From Andalucia godoyi And28 (taxonomy: Eukaryota > Protista > Jakobida): DNA of 57,289 bases. The position numbers were made by a program, and so were the translations under genes. Below the pieces are notes generated by a model. That model saw only the letters and a program-made list of their open reading frames with translations. It was not told where the DNA came from and made no database searches. Below are positions 54,363 through 57,289 of this stretch, in pieces; the stretch's first letter is position 1, and each line of letters starts with the position of its first letter. The stretch is taken from positions 114,443-171,731 of the forward strand of contig VRVR01000059.1 of the NCBI GenBank assembly GCA_009859145.1, read 5' to 3'.

Positions 54363-54738
54363 ACATGAATCATTATTGATCATCGGACGAAGCTGTCACC
54401 GAAGACAGATCCAGTTTGGGGAGAGCACCACCTCTGCAATGCAGATTGCTCTGTATCAAAGGACCATCGCTTCTTCTTGCTCTCCGCCTCCGACGAGAGG
54501 GGATCAGCGGAGTTCCTTTGTTCTCGGTATCTTCGGGCATCGCCGGTTTGAGTTTATTGGGAAGATGCCCTCTTTGAAGCCATGAGATGTTTTTGTCTCT
54601 GATAAAAGGTGCTGCTTGAGGGTTCCGTTATTAAAACACGAACGCACAGAAAGTGGTAGAAATAGAGAAAAGCAAAGAATGGTGGGCGACGGTAGGAAAA
54701 TCGTATTTTTGTTTTGAAGTTCAATGCTGGTGCACAAA

Positions 54739-54850
54739 ACGCCTACATTGTGCGCTAATCCACGGATAATCATCGCTGATCACCCATAATCAATGTTGCA
54801 GCCCAAGAACATGCACAGCATGATTGGCAAGGGGGGTAGGCCCCAACACG
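54739..54850 (-). ncRNA. Putative omega-RNA scaffold of the Fanzor element (guide would run into the flank, 54738 downward)
   Basis: GGGG-CCUA-CCCC hairpin; GCCUAC/GUAGGC pseudoknot potential with the 3' terminus; G.U-rich stem GGGUGAUCA-GCGA-UGAUUAUCC with GNRA loop, conserved in the 13.5-kb copy. Confidence 0.55.
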
Positions 54851-55060
54851 CCCCTCGGCATGAGAGACGTTCCTAAGATAGATGTAGATGTTGCGCGCGC
54901 CGTTCCAATCGCGGTTGAGCGTGCATTTGCACGATGGGCAACAAAGCACATCTTGCTTCCATACAACTTGCGATGGATTTCCCCCCGCAACGGCCGCATG
55001 TTTTAAACGTGTACTCCTCCGTCACAAGTGACAATCGACACCTGCCGCGCCGTTGTCGCC
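54840..55060 (-). pseudogene. tnpB: TnpB/Fanzor2 C-terminal fragment (zinc finger plus RuvC-III)
   Basis: RRGRCRLSLVTEEYTFKTCGRCG(fs)EIHRKLYGSK(fs)..CCPSCKCTLNRDWNGARNIY; catalytic Asp codon at 54908-10. Confidence 0.9.
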
Positions 55061-55163
55061 TTGGCGATCTTTCCTGGCGGCGGCCCAGCGCCGGAAGGTG
55101 GTGGTGGAGATTGTCATGGGTCTTGCGCAGCGTTGCAGGCGTGACGGACACGGTGGGTTGCAT
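55060..55163 (-). pseudogene. tnpA: IS607-family TnpA (serine recombinase) N-terminal HTH fragment
   Basis: After removing two single-A insertions: MQPTVSVTPATLRKTHDISTTTFRRWAAAGKI, matching the MerR-like xSTxTLRRWxxxGKI start of IS607 TnpA. Confidence 0.7.
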
Positions 55164-55627
55164 GGACAATAAAAAATAAGAAATGAATGTCGCTGTGCGA
55201 GAATGCTGCGCGGCGACGTTGACGCGTAGCAGTGTGTTTTTTTTTTGTTTTCGTGCGATTTAGATAGCCTCATCATATCGCAATAAGTGGCAACGGTCGC
55301 CAGTTTAACAACGAAGCGATGCGATCCACCTTTCGTAGACGGAGATCGTCGCCTGTAGTTTGATGCATTGCATATGACGAAAAGCCAGGGTGTCGGGAAC
55401 CTCTCTAAAGTCGGGAGTTATTAGAAGAGAGATTCAAAAAAACACCTTTCCATATTTGCTCAATGCTCCGCCGCAGACTCCAACGAAGATCACGTACGCT
55501 CCTGTTTTCCTCTTGTTCTTGAATTGAAATTAAATAACGAAAACAAAAAAGGTACAATTTTATTTGGTTGTTGAGCATCAATCCGAAAACGTGTACGAGG
55601 GAGTAGCGAGCAGTGTGCGAAGAAAGA

Positions 55628-56494
55628 ATGCAAAGCTCTTCCGCTTCCACGTCCGAGTCTTCTGCAGCTCCATCACTCGGGTCGGAAGAAGAAATGTACG
55701 AGCGCCACATTTGTGTTTCGCTCTCTGCGATGCACTTGACCTCTCCGTTGAGCTTAGACGAGGAGCTTCTGTCGGAAGTTACGACGACAGGTCAGATGCC
55801 GATTCCAGTAAATGAACACGCGACACTGCCCCCAGTCGCCACTGTGACCAGCTACAAGAGCCAGGGCGTCGATCATGGCCCGTCCATGTTTTCGGCGGTT
55901 CATGATTGCAGTCGTATGCCGTATTGGAAGCAGTTTTTCTCGAAAATGAAAGGAGACCCATCGCACAAGCGACATCGTCGGAGTCCAGCGTTTGACGTGC
56001 TGATGGGGCTCATCGGCGGGTTCTTGGGGATTTCGTTTGTCGCCGCTCTCCATTATCATGTAGTCGGAGCTCAAAGGCTGATTATCGCGAGCTTCGGGGC
56101 CTCCGCAGTGCTTGTCTATGGAGTTATTACATCGCCATTGGCACAGCCTCGCAATTTGGTCCTCGGGCATCTGGTGTCGGCGCTGGTCGGTCTTACCATA
56201 CGTGTGTTGCTTACACAGGCTCTGAGCGAATACTCTCAATTTACTCAAGCGGTGCTCTCGGGCGCGTCGGTTGGAATCGCCATTGCTCTGATGTATGTCA
56301 CGGAATCGGTTCATCCACCGGGAGGTGCGACTGCGCTCATCACATTATGGCTCAAAGACAATGAAGTTCCCGCGGGGTACGGATACTGGTTTCTGATTTT
56401 TCCAGTTCTGACCGGGACGCTTTGCATGCTCGCAGTGGCCTTGATCACCAACAACATTCCGCGACGACGCCGATATCCCGTGTTTTGGTGGTAG
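55628..56494 (+). CDS. HPP-family integral membrane protein
   Basis: IASFGASAVLVY, SPLAQPRNLVLGH, HPPGGATAL motifs; five hydrophobic segments. First ATG at 55628. Confidence 0.92.
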   Translation: MQSSSASTSESSAAPSLGSEEEMYERHICVSLSAMHLTSPLSLDEELLSEVTTTGQMPIPVNEHATLPPVATVTSYKSQGVDHGPSMFSAVHDCSRMPYWKQFFSKMKGDPSHKRHRRSPAFDVLMGLIGGFLGISFVAALHYHVVGAQRLIIASFGASAVLVYGVITSPLAQPRNLVLGHLVSALVGLTIRVLLTQALSEYSQFTQAVLSGASVGIAIALMYVTESVHPPGGATALITLWLKDNEVPAGYGYWFLIFPVLTGTLCMLAVALITNNIPRRRRYPVFWW

Positions 56495-57201
56495 TCAATG
56501 TGATTGGATGGAAGGCCATACTTCCTTTTCTGTGCTCAGTGTGTGTCGTTCTTTTTCAGTCTTTAATTCTTTAATTTTGTCTTTGGATGGTGCAAGACTT
56601 TGATGGCACTGCTGCGGATGAAGGAGCAGAAGCAAGCGTTGATACAGACCAAATTGAGCGTGAAACGGAAGACGAAGTTATGTGTCATTTCTGCTATTGC
56701 ATGCTTCCGGTCTGCTGCGACGCTTAACATAAGTAATTGTACTTTTTAGGACTATTTGTGCAGGCAGATCGGTCTTTATTGCACGATCCTGCTTTGCCAC
56801 CGCTCTCCGATCATCAACCAGTTTCCTGATCACTTTCCGAATTGGGATCCGGTTCCAAAAGTTTGCTGTTTCATAAGCTGCACAATAGCAGATCATCCAC
56901 CACAGACTTTGGAATTCTTCCGATGGTGCTTGCACAGGGTGGTTTAAGTCGGCACACATGCAATCGCCGATTGTGGGGATGTTTCTTACCAGTGCATCCC
57001 ACAACAGCACGTTGAGAAAAGTGCGACTTGATTTGATTAAGAAGGGTTTTTCGTTCTTGTCGTCCTCGTCATTGCTTTTTCTTTCTTTCTTCCTCTTCCT
57101 CTTCCTCTTCCTCTTCCTTTTCCTTTTCCTTTTCCTTTTTCTTTTTCTTTTGTCAGCATATTCACCTTGATCAGTTTTTACCATTTTCTTTATATTTAGA
57201 G

Positions 57202-57289
57202 ATGCGTCATTCGACCTGTCTTGTGATATTGTTTGCGATCCTTGCAGCCTGCGCTCGGCCTTCCTGGGGTCAGCAGCTGTCGTGGAATT
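57202..57289 (+). CDS. 5' end of a secreted/surface protein running off the window
   Basis: MRHSTCLVILFAILAACARPSWG-QQLSWN is a typical signal peptide, preceded by a pyrimidine-rich upstream tract. Confidence 0.55.
   Translation, partial: MRHSTCLVILFAILAACARPSWGQQLSWN

Larger units (their letters stand above)
54739..55295 (-). mobile_element. IS607-type TnpA/TnpB(Fanzor2) element, internally deleted (554 bp plus duplicated CGT core)
   Basis: Left end, TnpA start, TnpB C-terminus and structured right end; CGT (minus strand) at 55293-95 and 54739-41; both ends shared with 13319-13571. Confidence 0.88.

Noticed and set aside
56678-57184. 168-aa minus-strand ORF with poly-KR and a faint kinase-like FQSLWWMICYC
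   Set aside because: No ATG start; the KR run is the reverse of a pyrimidine tract upstream of the gene at 57202; no catalytic kinase motifs.

Overview
Gene-dense, intron-poor eukaryotic nuclear DNA with standard genetic code, about 50% GC in coding regions, and abundant microsatellites and homopolymeric amino-acid runs. CDKL5 and CEP164 imply a flagellated protist with mitochondria; the species cannot be determined from this window. About 21 protein-coding genes are supported: a hybrid His kinase, HEATR3, mitochondrial ClpX, RABL6, PLAA/Doa1, CDKL5, a membrane Rieske oxygenase, a RAD5/HLTF-like helicase, GTF3C5, hexose-6-P epimerase, a P4-ATPase, CAF1, mitochondrial ClpB/Hsp78, CEP164-like, flavohemoglobin, a membrane pyrophosphatase, an HPP-family protein and several unknowns. 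The main discovery lies in the apparently empty intergenic DNA: four relics of an IS607-type TnpA + TnpB/Fanzor2 (OMEGA, RNA-guided nuclease) transposon family. (1) A 554-bp minus-strand element (54739-55292) keeps the left end, the start of the TnpA HTH, the TnpB zinc finger and RuvC-III (RDWNGARNI), and a structured omega-RNA-like right end. (2) A 253-bp ends-only copy (13319-13571) is inserted precisely into a host gene whose reading frame can be rebuilt across the insertion. Copies 1 and 2 are both bracketed by the same CGT core and preceded by TGGC(C/G)AC, which predicts target site, TAM and guide. (3, 4) Two further TnpB remnants lie at about 21.2 kb and 28.2 kb. A separate IS630/Tc1-like transposase relic, two single-site frameshifts in otherwise intact genes, and a membrane PPase lacking the usual gate glutamate are also present. 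All homology calls come from motif recognition by eye; no searches were run.
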